NCBI GenBank assembly: GCA_964187785.1
Contig: OZ076409.1
Span: 10,480,001 to 10,544,000, forward strand
Source: Amphiscolops sp. MND2022
Lineage: Eukaryota
Direction: 5' to 3'
DNA length: 64,000 nucleotides
Below the pieces are notes generated by a model. The model made no database searches, was not told the origin of the DNA, and saw only the letters and a list, made by a program, of their open reading frames with translations. A program made the position numbers and the translations under genes. This document shows positions 63,101 through 64,000 of this stretch, piece after piece. Numbering within the stretch: the first letter of the stretch is position 1; every line of letters begins with the position of its first letter.

Positions 63101-64000
63101 TTGTCTAAAAACCCAATTGTTTGCGAATCAGCTACTCCGTAAGCCCCAAACGCACGGTTTCCGGCCCCACACCACGGTATCAACACGCTGTGTAAGTTTC
63201 ACGCCGGTACGACCCCTAGATCGATTTTTGACTTTTTCGAGACGTGCGAAATCATGAAACCCATCAGTTTGCGTAACCTTTGGATTTCCATAACGAGAAC
63301 ATTAGGCCGCGCGAACACCCAGCGACGCTCTAATCATTCAAGAGGGGGGAGGAAGGACATCTCGCGATGCACTGAAACATCAAAGACACCAGATCCAACG
63401 GGGTGCGAGACAAACCTCAGTGCAATATCAGACTTGACCTCAGATCCCAAGGAGGAAGATTGGCCAACTGATGACAGTTTCATTATGGAACCCGATTTTT
63501 CAGACCCTATGTCAGACGACGCATCGGAGGAATATCAAGCCAAGCCGGTTGCCAAGACTACCGATGATATCGGAGGTTCAGCAGACGAAACAGGAAGTCA
63601 GGCGCACACGTCCAAATGGTTACAAGAACTCACCAAAGTAGCCGTCACGCCTTTCGGTACTGACGAAGCAGGAACATGGCCCAACTCCAACAGGACAAAC
63701 GCTGAGGAAGAAACTGAAATGAGTTGCTTGAATGCCACTGGACAACTCAAAGCTCCCAGCGTGGCCAGCGAGAGTACTGCGAACACGGCAGAGATATTGC
63801 AGCAAATGTCCTATGTCGGGGGTATGAACTATGCCAAGACACGTCTTCAAGAAGCTACAGCCCCCCGAGCATCTGGGAAGGGTAAGCAAGTACGGCCTCC
63901 AGCCTTACTAGCACAGACTGGCACTACAGGACCTCATGGCGACTCGCGCTCATCCTCACCTTCATCAAAAGCTGCATCTGCCCGATCTTCAGCATATCGA
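60129..64000 (+). mobile_element. Family X element, right copy; runs off the right edge
   Basis: Starts TGTAGCGA; diverged reverse-complement homolog of 6122 to 1900. Confidence 0.6.
63254..64000 (+). CDS. Open gag-like/unknown ORF of family X (at least 249 aa, no stop in the window; absent from the ORF track)
   Basis: Manual translation MKPISLRNLW...WPTDDSF...WPNSNRT...MSYVGGMNYAKTRL...SSAYR is stop-free to 64000. Confidence 0.75.
   Translation, partial: MKPISLRNLWISITRTLGRANTQRRSNHSRGGRKDISRCTETSKTPDPTGCETNLSAISDLTSDPKEEDWPTDDSFIMEPDFSDPMSDDASEEYQAKPVAKTTDDIGGSADETGSQAHTSKWLQELTKVAVTPFGTDEAGTWPNSNRTNAEEETEMSCLNATGQLKAPSVASESTANTAEILQQMSYVGGMNYAKTRLQEATAPRASGKGKQVRPPALLAQTGTTGPHGDSRSSSPSSKAASARSSAYR

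Overview
Eukaryotic, probably marine-invertebrate genomic DNA (inference from the spliceosomal introns, the DEG/ENaC gene and the retroelement types). It is AT-rich, has one 200-N gap, and is mostly nested LTR retrotransposons. Host content: an apparently intact 3-exon DEG/ENaC (ASIC-like) channel gene on the minus strand (58547-54084, about 493 aa) and a paralogous exon 1 with a nonsense codon (7181-6752). Two large, diverged, decayed Ty3/Gypsy elements (A: 8646-26311; B: 28650-49600, TSD GCTGA) share an unusual architecture. Gag starts inside the 5' LTR and reads through the PBS. A -1 frameshift site (A AAA AAC) leads into pol (PR, dUTPase-like insert, RT, RH, IN). Pol is followed by an ANTISENSE, intron-containing BED-finger/hAT-transposase-like gene whose intron positions are conserved between A and B, then by a sense acidic ORF that runs into the 3' LTR. 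Also present: a complete Copia element with 88-bp LTRs inside B's RNase H, a solo LTR inside A's 3' LTR, a 3-kb tandem duplication of B's 3' LTR plus the channel gene's 3' end, a MITE/hairpin cluster beside the gap, and two oppositely oriented members of a third, unclassified element family at the window ends. All alignments were made by eye; no database searches were run.
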